From Octopus vulgaris (taxonomy: Eukaryota): a stretch of 64,000 bases of DNA. The stretch covers positions 74,896,001 through 74,960,000 of the forward strand of contig OX597821.1 in the NCBI GenBank assembly GCA_951406725.2, written 5' to 3'. Shown in pieces: positions 28,548 through 41,996 of the stretch (its first letter is position 1; each line of letters begins with the position of its first letter). The position numbers and the translations under genes are program-made. The notes under the pieces were generated by a model, which was not told where the DNA came from, did no database searches, and saw nothing but the letters and a program-made list of their open reading frames with translations.

Positions 28548-29078
28548 ATGGTTTCAAATTTTGCCAGTAGGGGAGCCATTTGGGTGAAGGAGATGTGTCA
28601 ATTACATCGTCCTCAGTGTTCAACTGGTACTTAATTTATCGACCTCAAGAGGCTGAAAGGCAAAGTCGACCTCGGCGGAATTTGAACCCGGCGTGCTAAA
28701 GAGTGTGCTAACTCGATGCCTAACATTGACTAATAATGATGTTCTTATAGTTGTTGTTTATCTCCAAACGAACCATTATGAGGAACACCAAAATAAAAAA
28801 AAAAAAGATTTCCCGCTTTGGCTATCTTTATTACTGACTGTGAGGGGTTACATTGGATAATAATGGTTTGAAATTTTGGTACGTGGCCAGCGAGGTCGGT
28901 GAAAGGAGGCAAATTGATGGCATCGATACCAATGTTGGAGTGGTGCTTATTTTCTCGACCTCGAAAGAATGAAAAGTAAAGTCGATCTCGGCGGAATTTG
29001 AACTTAGACCATAAAAAAGGACGAAATACCGCTAATTATTTTGCCCGGCTTGCTAACGATTCGGGCAGCTCACCATCC
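28548..29078 (-). mobile_element. two SINE family A copies
   Basis: aaggcaaagtcgacctcggcggaatttgaac motifs. Confidence 0.8.
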
Positions 29079-29084
29079 TTTCAA

Positions 29085-29223
29085 TTCTTTTACTTGCTTC
29101 AGCCATTTAACTGCGGCCATGCTGGAGAACCTCACTTAGTCAAACAAATCGAAACCAGGACTTATTCCATCGGTTTCTTGAGCCAGACCGTTAGGTTACA
29201 GAGATGTAAATGCACCAACATCG

Positions 29224-29261
<38 letters not shown>

Positions 29262-29720
29262 AATATATGTATATATATATATATATGTATATATATATTT
29301 TAAAATTATAAGTATATGAAAGAATGGAGTTGAACGACTAGTTAACAAATATCCTTTATTCTCGATATATGTTTCGAAGGCTGCATATTCCTAATTCCTA
29401 GTCGTTCAACTCCATTCTTTCATATACTTATAATTTTAAAATAAACATACAAATTTCCGCACGAAGACACGTAGTCTATGCCCTAGGGACGTAGCTTCAA
29501 CCGTGTTCTTTCTGATGTGAATTTGCTACCCAGATATCGGTTATCTTTCGAATTATCCTTAATAAGATAATTCATTCAACTACTCTACGACGGGCTTCTT
29601 TCAGTTTCCATCTACTAAATCCAATCACAAGGCTTTGGTCGGCCCGAGGCTATCGTAGAAGACACCTGCCCAAGTTGCCACACAGTGGGACTGAATCGGA
29701 AACCATATTGTTGGGATGCA
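29085..29720 (-). mobile_element. SINE family B split at its internal (TA)n by an inverted-repeat insert (29296-29585)
   Basis: 3' part at 29085-29222; 5' part at 29587-29720. Confidence 0.75.
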
Positions 29721-30009
29721 TACTCCACTTTGGTGAAAATATTCACCCAAAACGTTGTTCTACTATTTCCATTCATATTTCTTTTTTTCCATCATAATGT
29801 TCATAATATACACTTTTCCCCATTATTTTTAGTTTTGTGTGTTTCACCTTTGTCCATCACTCTACGAATGGAATGAACGACATTCTTTATTAAAAAATCA
29901 CTACAAGTGTTTCAACTCATTTCCATGGTATGTAAGCATTTTCATCCATCCAAGGTGTAAAATTCACTTCCTCAGGTGATTGTTTAAGTAAGTCTTTCGT
30001 TACATCCCT

Positions 30010-30440
30010 GTACGTTTCATTCACTGTGAGGATGAATACCCAAAGCAGCGTGTAACTTTCATCGGTTTATAGACAAAATAAAACCCAAAGTGAAAGTATC
30101 ATAATCAAAATACAACATACAAGAATTAAAAAATAGCGAAAAGGGGGAGGTGTCAGGTTCACTATAAATTACAATTCTGTCTTTGCGGTCAGGGTATAAG
30201 GAAGAAAGCTTTTATTCTGTCTATCACTTTCTTCCTCTTAATCTGACCATGAAGAATGAATTGTAATTTATAGTCAACATGATATCCCCACCCCTATTTC
30301 TTTATTTTTGTGTATATTGTATTTTCATTATAACTGTATTTTGTCTGCCACTACATCTAAAGGTTTAATTTTGTATGTAAACCAATGAAAATTGCGCACA
30401 TGCATCTTCACACTGAGAGAAACGATTATTGAACCTAACG
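30010..30440. repeat. old fold-back/MITE-like inverted repeat
   Basis: ctataaattacaattc/gaattgtaatttatag, ggtcag/ctgacc and ggaagaaag/ctttcttcc symmetric about ~30215. Confidence 0.6.
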
Positions 30441-30679
30441 GAGGATATATATCGAAGGCGATGTTTACACAAAATTAAAATATTGCATAAGTATTATCGT
30501 CCATCCAAACTTATTAATATTTTATTAATATGTAGCAAGAAGCAAAAGAGTGACTCAAGGGTTGAGATTTCCGTGCGGTAACACTTATCGGTATTTGAGT
30601 CACTCTGTTGCTTCTGCAAAATACGATACATAAATATTCATGTTTTGGGTTTTATTTTTCCTTTCTGCATCACAAAATT

Positions 30680-30763
<84 letters not shown>

Positions 30764-30910
30764 ACACACATACACACACAAACACAAAAACACACACAAA
30801 AAATAAAAGCACTCAATGCTGTTGACTAGAGAGAAATACGATATCGTATGTTCAAAGCTGAGTTTGTGTGAGTCGCTAATCGGACTATCCCGCTCTCGTT
30901 CGTCTGGCAG

Positions 30911-30978
<68 letters not shown>

Positions 30979-32211
30979 ATATATACGCATATATCTATAC
31001 AATAAAAATACGTGTATGCGTTTGTGTGGGCAGTGTGTTTAAAACGTGTTTGAGTGTGTGCTATTAAGCTAAATTCCACAGGCCATAAATAAATAATAGA
31101 CTGCATCAAATAAATCTGTAGGTTTCTCTTTTTACATGTAATCTGACTCCGAGGCGCGAATTACTCTCTTAAAATACCTCGCCAATCATCATTGAGAGAC
31201 TGGAGAGCAAATGTCCTATGCATGTTGTATGTATATATGCATGTATATATGTATATATATGTATGTATGTATGTGTTTGTGTACATGTATGTATGTTTAT
31301 GTCTGCGCGCGCGTGTGTGTGTACATATGTATTGTATATATATATATGTAAATAGACGTACTAAATGCTTATAGTTTTGTAAATATTTCTGCATATATAT
31401 ATTGCTAGACATATATTTGTAAGAATAAATATATTTATACACAAACACATCTATACGCTTACATGCATATTATATATATATATATATATTTATTTATATT
31501 TCTGTAGATATGTTCGTGTACATGTACGAACGTATATATATATATATATATACGCACACAAATATATACATCTATATATACATGAGTAAGTGTATTGAAT
31601 TTGCGAGCATCGCTTGCGTGTATGCGTCTCTAGGTGTCTGTATGTGTGTGTGTATGGGTGTGTGTGTGTGTGTGTTCGTGTGTATGCGTGTGTGTGTGTG
31701 TGTATATACCGTATATAGTAATATTCTCTTTATAGATATCTTTGTCATCAGCACTAATACAGAATCGTTTACAAATCATAGATTTGTCGACGGCGTATTT
31801 TGAACAGGAAACCAGCACTGATTTGTTTCTGACATTAACATCGATTTTCCGTTGCTCTGTTAGAATTCCAGCCATGTGCCTTCTCACTAGCACTGATAGA
31901 TTTATGGTCTGAGACAGTCCACCGTCCGTTTGGCAAGAAAATTTATTGTCGACACCAATCATACAAGCGGAAATTGAGCAAATATTTCTAGAATCTAATT
32001 TCTGAACGAAAGTTTTGAAGATCTGTAGCAATAAAGAAACCCAAGAGATTAATTGATGGAAGAAAGATTTCTTGAACATATTCATTTTACACATTTTAAT
32101 ATGTAGCCGTTTTATATAGTTCATATTTACTCGAGCGGATTTTGTAGCAGGCACATTCAAAGACATACAAGAATATAAATACATATCCACATATATAAAT
32201 ATATGTGTGCT

Positions 32212-32256
<45 letters not shown>

Positions 32257-33723
32257 GTGTGTTTCTGTTTGAATGTGCGTACGTGTAATGAGACTGTAAG
32301 AAGCGGGAGAGATCGTGAGAGAGAATGAATGAGGGACGGTCAGAGGTAGAGGTAGAGAAGTAGTGACGACTACGAGAATCAAAAATACGAGAAAATAGTA
32401 ATAAAATTTTAACAGTGCAATGTATTAAACCCCTTAGTGCTTTCCCATGTGTCCATCTTTCATGTCTTCTCAATATATACACACATAAACAAACAGCTTT
32501 AGTCCACCCGTTCATCCTTCCTTTATTTTCTCTTTTACGCCCACTCTCATCCTGACAGACACACACACACACACACATATATATATGTATATATATACAT
32601 ATATATGTTATACGTACATCTGTGTATGCGTGATTGTAGGCATATTACTTTTGTTTCATCTCTCATACATTATGACATCATAATACACATAATATGCACA
32701 TGATATATACATACAATACATATGCAAATATTCATATATGTAAATACACTGCATATTGCAAAACACTCGGCGTATAAATACGCAGGCACGCACCTAGACA
32801 TAGAAGCATATACCACATTCGTATTGTCGACGTATACATTCACATATATATGAATATGCATGTATGTATAATGTATGTGTGTATGTATGTATGTATGTAT
32901 GTATGCATGTATGTATGTATGTATGTATGTATGTATGTATGTATGTATGTATGTATGTATGTCCGTATATGTATTCCCGTGTAATTGTTGCTTATGGATA
33001 TGACATAACGTCATTGTTTAGTATTTACTCTCATCATTCAAAGAAGCCGAAAAAGAAAAATCAAAGAAAATTAATGTCGACATGGCCCTCATTATGACGT
33101 TATTTAATTTTTGTTCTTTTTGACATCGTTGATATCCACTCCCCTCTTTGATGAACCTGCAATTGTGTTTTATCACTAAAATTACTCTAGAAATAGCTAA
33201 GTAAAATTTACTTTCCTCAGATATAAGCAAGTACAGATAAATTATTCATTTACTTTGAAGATGATATTTAATTTCGGAGAATGAACATTTAATACAAATA
33301 TTTTCCTATATAATCATAGATACGTGCATGCATAGACTAAGTTTAAAAGGTAAGGATTAGAAATTATTGTTTTGTTTGTTGTTTATTTCTTTTACCTATT
33401 CACAGTAATTCTGAAGAATAATTGACTGTTAGAAATTGAAAATGAAACGAAACGCTCACAAGAAAAACACAAACATTTAAATTATATTTTCTAACTCTTT
33501 AAACTCGTCGACAACAAATATTGATACAAATACGGTTTCAAATGCTTTTTCGATGTGATGATGGCGGAACTGAAAGTGAAATATAGGATCAAAACAGTTT
33601 TTAAAAAATTTCAATAAATGATCTCCAGCGAAGTGAATAGAACACCAATATCAAAATATTAACAGACAATAAAGAATTGAAAAAACTGTTACATCGTTGG
33701 ACATATATGGCCGATAATATATA

Positions 33724-34107
33724 TCTATATATACAAAGCTGAAGTTGTCTGTGTGTGGCAGGTTTGGTAGCTTTCAACTAACAATATCTCCTCCGAGACC
33801 CTGCGGCGCAAGCTGACCAAAATTGAGAGTATGGTTGAAGAAGGCTTGCTTTTCATTCCGTAGAAGATCAAATTCAAATCGGACCATGTTAACACCAAAA
33901 ATTATTTACATCAAAAAGGTGCTTTTTTTCTATGAAAATCCTTATTTTTTACAAGTTTTTGACTGCTGTGTAGCAATTATTGGGTGTATTTTCGAAAATG
34001 TTCACTTAAATGTTCGCACAAGCTACATAATGCAAAATTTTTACTTTTCAAAAATTCCAAATCTAAAGGGTCGAAAGAAACTCGAACAACGCCGGGCGAT
34101 ACTGCTA

Positions 34108-34108
<1 letters not shown>
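33724..34108 (+). mobile_element. non-autonomous Helitron
   Basis: 5' TC after A, GC-rich subterminal hairpin, 3' CTAG before T, no TSD; second copy at 38659. Confidence 0.85.
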
Positions 34109-34181
<73 letters not shown>

Positions 34182-35427
34182 TTGCTACTAACTGTGAGCG
34201 ATCATAATCGATTGTACTCTTCCCTAGAATTTGAGGCTGGGTGTCTCTTGGAAATCGGAATTAACTCTTTAGCATTCAGATTCTTCTGTGAAATACAATG
34301 CTTGTTCATTTACATCGTTTTAAATTTATAATTTTGGAATTACATTTTAGGATAGGTGTGAGAAGCCAGATCTGTCTGGTTTGAGCATAGAACAAGAAGA
34401 ATATTTGGGTTGGATAAAGCCACATATGACCTCTCTAAATACTAATAGGTTAATATTGATTTCAAATTTTGGACAATTACATCCATCGAAAGGACGAAAG
34501 GAAAAGTCAGCCTCGGTGGAATTTGAACTTAGAACGTAAAACCGGACGAAATGCAGCTAAGCATTTTGTTCGGCGTGCTAACAATTCTGCCAGGGCAGTA
34601 TTGATATTGTTCACCATATCAATGTCTTATTAGCAACATTATCAAAGTAATACATAAGGACATAGGTATTGACTGATATTTGTTTAGTCAGTATTATTTT
34701 TAAATGACCAAGGTACGATGGAGCGTTGTGCACATGACAATCTATACGGCCAGCAGAAATACCTAAGGACCAGGTGACTGCTTTAATTCAGACCGCAGAT
34801 AAAGTGCATCACCAAAATTGGTGCAAAGGAAGTTTTAAACACTGGGCACCAAACAGCGGAATTTAATTCCGCAAAGTATCCCATCCAGCGACCTCATAAC
34901 ATCACCTGTTTTCCCCAGTAATTTAGTAATATATCTCTCTATCGATTCCGAAGGATGAAACCAAAACTGACGGGTATTGAAACCAGAAAGCAAGTCTGAA
35001 TCATTATCACAACGAATTTCGCTCGATGCTCCAACAAGGCCGCAAGCATGCTTTCAATATAATCTTAATGAATTTAACGAGCGGGGCGCCTATATGGGTA
35101 GTCGATATACTAGAAATAGTCGCTAAACATTTCATAATCTCACCACGGCTTCACTTGATAAAAGAAACGAAAGACATATTGTGAACGAAGGTCGTGGCTG
35201 GAACGTATGTGATTAGAGTCTCTCCGTTTGCCTTTATCTGAAGTTGCTCAACAACAATGATTGTAACAGCGAGTGCCATCATCTATCAGAGATAAATCAG
35301 TGGAGCGAAAGAAAATCAATCATTATGGTTATTCAGGACAAAATGTAAATGTTGAAGGGATATTTCTTAAATATCGGAAACCAGAGGAAACCTATGTAGT
35401 ATTAAAGCTAATTTAGTTTCGACTCTA

Positions 35428-35822
35428 AGGTGGCGAGCTGGCAGAATCGTTAGCACGCCGGCGAAATGTTTAGCGGTATTTCGTCTGTCTTTACGTTCTT
35501 AGTTCAAATTCCACCGAGGTCGACTTTGCAGTTTATCTTTTCGGGGTCGATGAATTAAGTACCAGTTACACACTGGGGTCGATGTAATCAACTTAATCTC
35601 TTTGTCTGTCCTTGTTTGTCCCCTCTGTGTTTAGCCCCTTGTGGGTTGTAAAGAAATAGGTATTTCGTCTGTCTTTACGTTCTGAGTTCAAATTACGCCG
35701 AAGTCGAATTTGCCTTTCGGCTTTTCGAAGTCGATAAATTAAGTACCGGTTACGTACTGGGGTCGATCTAATCGACTAGTCCCTCCCCCAAAATTTCGAG
35801 CCTTGTGCCTGGAATAGCAAAG
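35428..35822 (+). mobile_element. SINE family A dimer with 18-bp TSD
   Basis: TSD aatttagtttcga(c/a)tcta at 35410-35427 and 35823-35840. Confidence 0.92.
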
Positions 35823-35993
35823 AATTTAGTTTCGAATCTACTATATTCAGTTCTTGTGATTGGGGAATCTAAAGTGGTGCCAGGTAGCACAGGTATTCAG
35901 TTACATGAATCACCGAAATATTTGTGAGTTTAAAGGCTGTGAGGAAACCTGTAAATAGTATATACGACTGTGTATATATATATATATATATAT

Positions 35994-36450
35994 AAACTTA
36001 ATCTCTACTCTCTCCAACGCCGCCAGGAGCGCTACATCATTTGTGTGATGTGGAAAATATTCCATCAATATTGCACAAATGATGTCGGTGCTGAAGATTG
36101 AAGATTTGGCCCCGTGCTATCCGCCCACTACAAAAATCGAACTCAGGACACATAGCAACATTACGTCACAACTAATTTACCCCAACAGGGCCAGCTCTCT
36201 TTAATACCATACCAAAATACGTTAAAACGGAAAAGGGGCCCATAAAATTCAAAAGTTCAGTGGACAAATTTTCCCAAACATCCCGGACCAGTCTTCTACA
36301 CCCGGACATGCCTCCAACAGTAATAACTCTTTGCTAGAGAGGGCCATATTGCCCCATATATGACTAAAAGACTTCACCAGGTGGTGCCTATTAAGTTAGA
36401 CATAGCCTGGGTCTATACTGGCCGAAACCTATCAAACTTGTCAAAAGTTA
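35994..36450 (+). mobile_element. decayed 3' end of a CR1/L2-like LINE
   Basis: KLNLYSLQRRQERYIICVMWKI ... GPALFNTIPK..FKSSVDKF..IPD..NSLLE with stops/frameshifts; UTR caggtggtg..tattaagttagacat..gccgaaac shared with the 24305 copy; (TA)n on both sides. Confidence 0.8.
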
Positions 36451-36456
36451 TTTATA

Positions 36457-36515
<59 letters not shown>

Positions 36516-36569
36516 GTCTGTGACTGTGTCTCTGTGTGTTTGTGTTTGAGTAAAAATGTAACATGTAAA

Positions 36570-36768
36570 TCGTTGGCGATTTTCTTCCTCCGTCTTCTTT
36601 TTCTATTGGACTTACCTCTGTTTCTGAAGAAAAGCTCTGCTCGAAACGTTGAACCATATTTCTTTCTTTCCCTGGGCGTCTGCTAACACGATACATGTAC
36701 TACGTCCTCGAATTGTCATTTCTTTTGTGTTTGTTCCTCGTTTTTTTTTGTGGGGGGATTTACTATAC
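36570..36768 (+). mobile_element. short PLE-pLTR-like element with minimal hammerhead (36619-36654)
   Basis: GTTT-CTGAAGA-AAAGC tct GCTC-GAAACGTT-GAAC; stem I gttt/gaac. Confidence 0.6.
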
Positions 36769-37471
36769 GCACACACACACACCACACCACACACACACAC
36801 ACACACATACACACACACATACACACACACATATATTTATATATTTATATATACCTGCATATAGTTTATAAGACGCTAATTCTGTATCTAGTTCAATTAA
36901 TACAATTCAATTTTCAAAAGCCTACTTCACGTTATAGCAATAAGAGCATTCGATTCGACATCCAGAAATGCAACCTAGTAGAATGTATTTCCATTTTACG
37001 ATGCCGTTTCACTTTAGGAAAGAGAGACCCTCCGTACAAGGATAATTCGGCCCAATACCAGTGGGCCGCTGACCGACCCCAATGCCATAGAAACTGCTGA
37101 CTGTTGAATGCATTTCCAGGCTTGCTTTTATGAAGGGCTTCGTAAAACGAATAGAAATGTTAAGTGGGTTAAAGGAAACAATAGTGAGGTGCGAACGCAA
37201 TGTGGCCAGCACACGATAACTTGATTTAACTGACAGTATATCCGTGTCGAAATGCAAACAATGGATAATGGTTTCTTTAAAATGACAATGCAGGGTGACA
37301 ACAAAAAGTTAAAAAACAAAAAAGCAGCGACAAAAAAACAAAAACAAAACAAAACAAATGGAATAAAGGCATTAAATAAGGTCGACGCACGGATGTTTCA
37401 AGAGAGTCAATGTCGTGGTGATATAATTATTGAATAAATATTATTCTTTTTAATATTTGCCGCTGACTGTT

Positions 37472-37884
37472 TACTCTTTTACTCTTTTACTCTTTTTACT
37501 TGTTTCAGTCATTTGACTGCGGCCATGCCGGAGCACCGCCTTTAGTCGAAGAAATCGACCCCAGGACTTATTCTTTGTAAGCATAGTATTTATTCTATCG
37601 GTCTGTTTTGCCTAACCGCTAAGTTACGGGGACGTAAACGCACCAGCATCGGTTGTCAAGCGATGTTGGGAGCCAAGCAAAGACACACAAACATAGACAC
37701 ACACACACACACACACACACATACACACACACACACACATATATATCCTTTCAGTTTCCGCCTACCAAATCCACTCACAAGGCATTGGTAGAAGACACTT
37801 GCCCAAGGTGCCACGCAGTGGGACTGAACCCAGAACCATGTGGTTGGTAAGCAAGATACTTACCCCCACAACCACTCTGCACTC
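37472..37884 (-). mobile_element. SINE family B with (GAGTAAAA)n tail
   Basis: Reverse complement of family B. Confidence 0.9.
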
Positions 37885-38658
37885 TTACTTGAAATTATTT
37901 AAAAAGGTTTCAGATCTTCTATGTTCTGAGGAAAGTACTTGAACCATGAGTAATATTAAGTTAGTTGATCTGTTGAGAACCCATTGTAATGTTCCCGCCT
38001 TTATCAAATCCATTAGGGAAGTAATTAAAGGGGAATAACTGTAACAACGAGTCCGTCTTGTTTTGCAGATTTGGTAAACCAAAAAGATTACTTGTAACCT
38101 TTAGGCCAGCAATACCATCCACCCCTTGTGATGGTAGACACATGAATATTTATGGCACAAGTATAGAGATGGCAACAGATATAGCAACATCATTATAGAT
38201 AGTAAAATTGGTTCAATAATTAGTAAGAAAAAGATCAATTACAGAAGACAGTAAGATAACAAAACCATTAGTTACGACTGTCAGTATATTAGAATAGCAA
38301 AATAGTAGGCAGCGACGTCATTAGATATTGATAGCAAGATCAATAGTAGAATATAAAGGTTAATAGAACATTTAATAGCTGAAAGATTGTTGCAGCTTTA
38401 TGTCTCATAAGGGTGACACCTATCAGCCAAAACGTTCACAGTTCTAGTTACATCACCGCCGCCACCACCACCACCAACAACAACACCATCAACAACAACA
38501 ACACCACCACCACAACCTCCCGGTTCTTATGGATAATATAATGAACACGTAATGGTACAGTCAATGTAGTTGTAAAAAATGTTGCTAAGACACAATTCTG
38601 CTTGATAATATAGACTTATGGCCAAAGACGTTCCAGCCCTGTATTTTAATTTGGCTAA

Positions 38659-39029
38659 TCTCTCTCTATATATGAAGCTGAAGTTGTCTATATATGGTAG
38701 GTTTGGTAGCCTTCAACTAACACTATCTCCTCCGAAACCCTGCGGCGCAAGTTGACCAAAATTGAGAGTATGATAAAATAAGGTTTGCTCTTCCTTCCGC
38801 GGAAGAAAAGATTCAAATCGGACCATGTTAACACCAGAAATTATTTACATCAAAAAGGTGCTTTTTTCTATGAAAATCCCTATTTATTACGATTTTTTGA
38901 CTGCTGTCTCGCCATTTTTCGGTGTATTTCAACCAGAAAAGCTACATAATGCAAAAGTTTTACTTTTCAAAAATTCCAATTCTAAGTGGGATCGAAACAA
39001 ACCCGAGCAACGCCGGGCGATACTGCTAG
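38659..39029 (+). mobile_element. non-autonomous Helitron
   Basis: 5' TC, hairpin cccgagcaacgccggg, 3' CTAG before T; homologous to 33724-34108. Confidence 0.85.
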
Positions 39030-40136
39030 TACCTTATAAATCAAGAATTTCTTAATTATTTAAGGCTTTTGAAGGAGATGAATTTGCTAAACCTTGCGGA
39101 ACAAAATAAAGGTTGAGGCTCTCTTGTTGGCTCCAGTTTTACGTTAGTTTCGTTCGGTGGGGCAGCTCCCAGATACAAATATCAGAAGTACTCAATAACT
39201 AAAATCACTCGTTTTGCGTCCTGAGAATTTTGAGAATCAATCTTCAAGTGAGTTCTCTAACGAATCAGTCAGTCAATCAAAGGAAACCACAATTCAATAT
39301 ATTAAATGAAACCACAGTTGTTAAATGATGTCCAAAAATTATTTGTTGTTCTGTTTTCTAGGGGACAAGAATTTTATGTTGGAATGTTCGACATCTGAGT
39401 GGATATTCTTTGAATCCAACATTGATTGTCAATGTATAATGTAAAATTCACAGTGAATCCGTGTTGTTCGTCCAACCGCCTTCTCAAAACTGTATTTTTA
39501 CAACCTCTATTATCTCAGCCTACTTTCAGACTCGTCTGTATCACCTCATCACCAACAGGCCATATCGTTCTTTCATTTTATTCTCTTCTTCCTTTACTGT
39601 TTTGGGAACAAAATGACAACACCGTTTTGTCTCTCTGTCTCGTTCTCAGACAAAGAGCAGCAGCCCAAAATGTGACACACTTTATTTCTTACAACAGTTA
39701 CACTTAGGTGTCCCACTGTACTAAGCGTTGTTGACCGAAAGCACGACGAAATAGAATTTTATATATAAAACGCTAATATACGCGCACACACACATACACA
39801 TTCTCTTTCTCTTTCTCTCTCACACACACACTCACGCACACACACACACACACCACGCACACTCTCATTCACTCACTCGTTCTTTCACACACTCTCTCTC
39901 ACACGCACATACACACACATTCATTATAAATGAGATTAATAAATCCGTATTTTCTGTTTTGCTTACATAGTAATTTTGATGAGATATAAGTAACGTCGAA
40001 GGGAGACATATAATCAAACGTGTGACCCCCGAGGATAATCCCAACATGGAGAGAAACCATGTTGGGATTATCTAGCTTTGATTTCCTGTCTACAAAGATA
40101 GAAAAAGTAATTATTTGTATTTTTCTCGTATATTTT

Positions 40137-40204
40137 GACATATGGCATAGCGGTTGAGATGCGGGCTATTACCCCAAGATTTCGATTTCGATTCCAGACA
40201 GTGT

Positions 40205-40261
<57 letters not shown>

Positions 40262-40468
40262 CAACAATAATAATAATAACATGGAAAAATACCATTATTA
40301 TTATTATAACAACCTCGAAAAATACCTTAGGAATGAGATCCCAGGTTCGAAATTTCCCCAAGACACCTGATGAAGGCTGGAGAGTATATCAGCCGAAACG
40401 TTGTGTTAACAACAAACAAGATGAGTATAAATATCGTCAAATGTAAATAAAGTAAATAACGTAAATAA
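40137..40468 (+). mobile_element. SINE family D: tRNA-like head + (TAA)n + hammerhead + (GTAAATAA)n-like tail
   Basis: A box tggcatagcgg, B-box-like ttcgattcc; HHR at 40362-40407; possible TSD atattttg at 40130 and 40468. Confidence 0.85.
40362..40407 (+). ncRNA. minimal type-I hammerhead ribozyme in SINE D
   Basis: GACAC-CTGATGA-A-GGCTG..CAGCC-GAAACGTT-GTGTT: canonical core, 5-bp stem II, palindromic stem III (ACGT), stem I gacac/gtgtt. Confidence 0.7.
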
Positions 40469-41254
40469 TATTTTGGATTCTATCATCGAATGAACGACTA
40501 AAATTATGTATTGCTTCCATATGAGATACCTTGAAGAACATTTCCATAATCCAAAGTGCATTACTCGGGGCTTTCAAAAACGTAAAATGTTTGCAAATCA
40601 GAAAGACTGCTTTCGTGAAGTTTTAGTTTATGATGGCAATGGAAGTAGTTACAAGCAGCGTATTTCCTGAAAGTGGCTAAAATGAGTGCGTAGCGCCTGG
40701 ATGGGAATTCGAAACGGTTAACGTTCCTTCGATGTTTTGTCACCCGAGCAAAATATTTTTTCTATATTTGGCTAGTGCATTTGATTACCCATGGAAGTGA
40801 CGGATTACGTATTTCGTTGCTCGCATAAATTGTAACTGATATAGAATTTCTGCTATTCAAAATAATTTGTTTATTGCATGAATGGCAAGAAAATCTCAAG
40901 AGAACTGCACAGCAGAAGGTCTTGAGAGAAGAGCCCCTCCCCCATTCAGGGAGTGCTACAGTTCTTAACTCCTTAAACTCTAAGGGGACCAGGCCGCATC
41001 TAGGTGGTGACACCTTGGTGCCCTTTTTGTGACACTTTTTAGCCATTTGGATATCGGGGACTTGTGCATTTAAACCGCTTGAAGAATTTCTGTAGTTGTA
41101 ACTCCTCTCCATTGACTCAGGTCTCAAATTTATTCTTGAAGAAGAAATAACATCAGTTGCCATGGTAGCTGTGAAATGGCAACGATGTCACAATGACTCA
41201 CTTGGATCTACTTTCCATTACATTAAAACACAAACACATGACCTTCAAACAGTA

Positions 41255-41400
41255 TGGCGGTCGTTTATGCTCCTCCTAGACCAGATCCTGCTGGAACATC
41301 TCTCCGCACTCTTTGATACTACCTTTAGGGCTTTGGTACTGTTCTTCCCAGAAACCGGGAATTATTTGTTTCGTTAGATTGTTAGCAGGTCTAATGAAAT
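41255..41400 (-). mobile_element. possible decayed C-terminus of an RLE/HERO-like element
   Basis: KALKVVSKSAERCSSRIWSRR resembles the AERASxWIWxR terminal motif. Confidence 0.3.
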
Positions 41401-41939
41401 ACATCTCAGTAATCAAGTGCCTGTTGTAGGTCTATTTTAGCGGTTGTGGAAAATAACAGAATGAGACCAACTGGGGGATTATAATATTTCATGTCTTCTT
41501 GCCAATGAATTTTGTAACGAATTTTATAAAACGTAATTTGACTGTATGAACACTCTAATTTATCAATATATTGATTATGTAATGATTTTAGTTAGTCATA
41601 CGTAAAAATAAATGAAATTAGATTAACCTAATGGTTATTACACCCAGAAAGAGAATAAATTTCTTAGAATTACTAACAAGTGCTGCGATGAGGAACAAAG
41701 AAGAAAGCCCTGTAATCTAAATGCGGTGGAATGCTTCTGTGTCGTCCCAAATCAGGCTTCGAAGAAAGTTTAAATCAGACTTCTTCAGCTGATCATAGAC
41801 TGTTGTGCATGTACCAGAAATCCACCACCCGTATCTCATCAGCTGGCTCTATACTATCTCTTTCGCTCACTCACACACTCTTGTTCACAGTTTTGACTGC
41901 TCCTCTCCTTATATCCGCTATTGCGGACTACTTCTACTT

Positions 41940-41996
<57 letters not shown>

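Noticed and set aside
31630-32382. 250-aa minus-strand ORF with ~130 non-repetitive codons
   Set aside because: Ends lie in microsatellites; no recognisable domain or clear splice sites; cannot be supported without RNA or homology data
40762-41163. 133-aa ATG-initiated ORF
   Set aside because: No recognisable motif; lies next to a probable retroelement remnant
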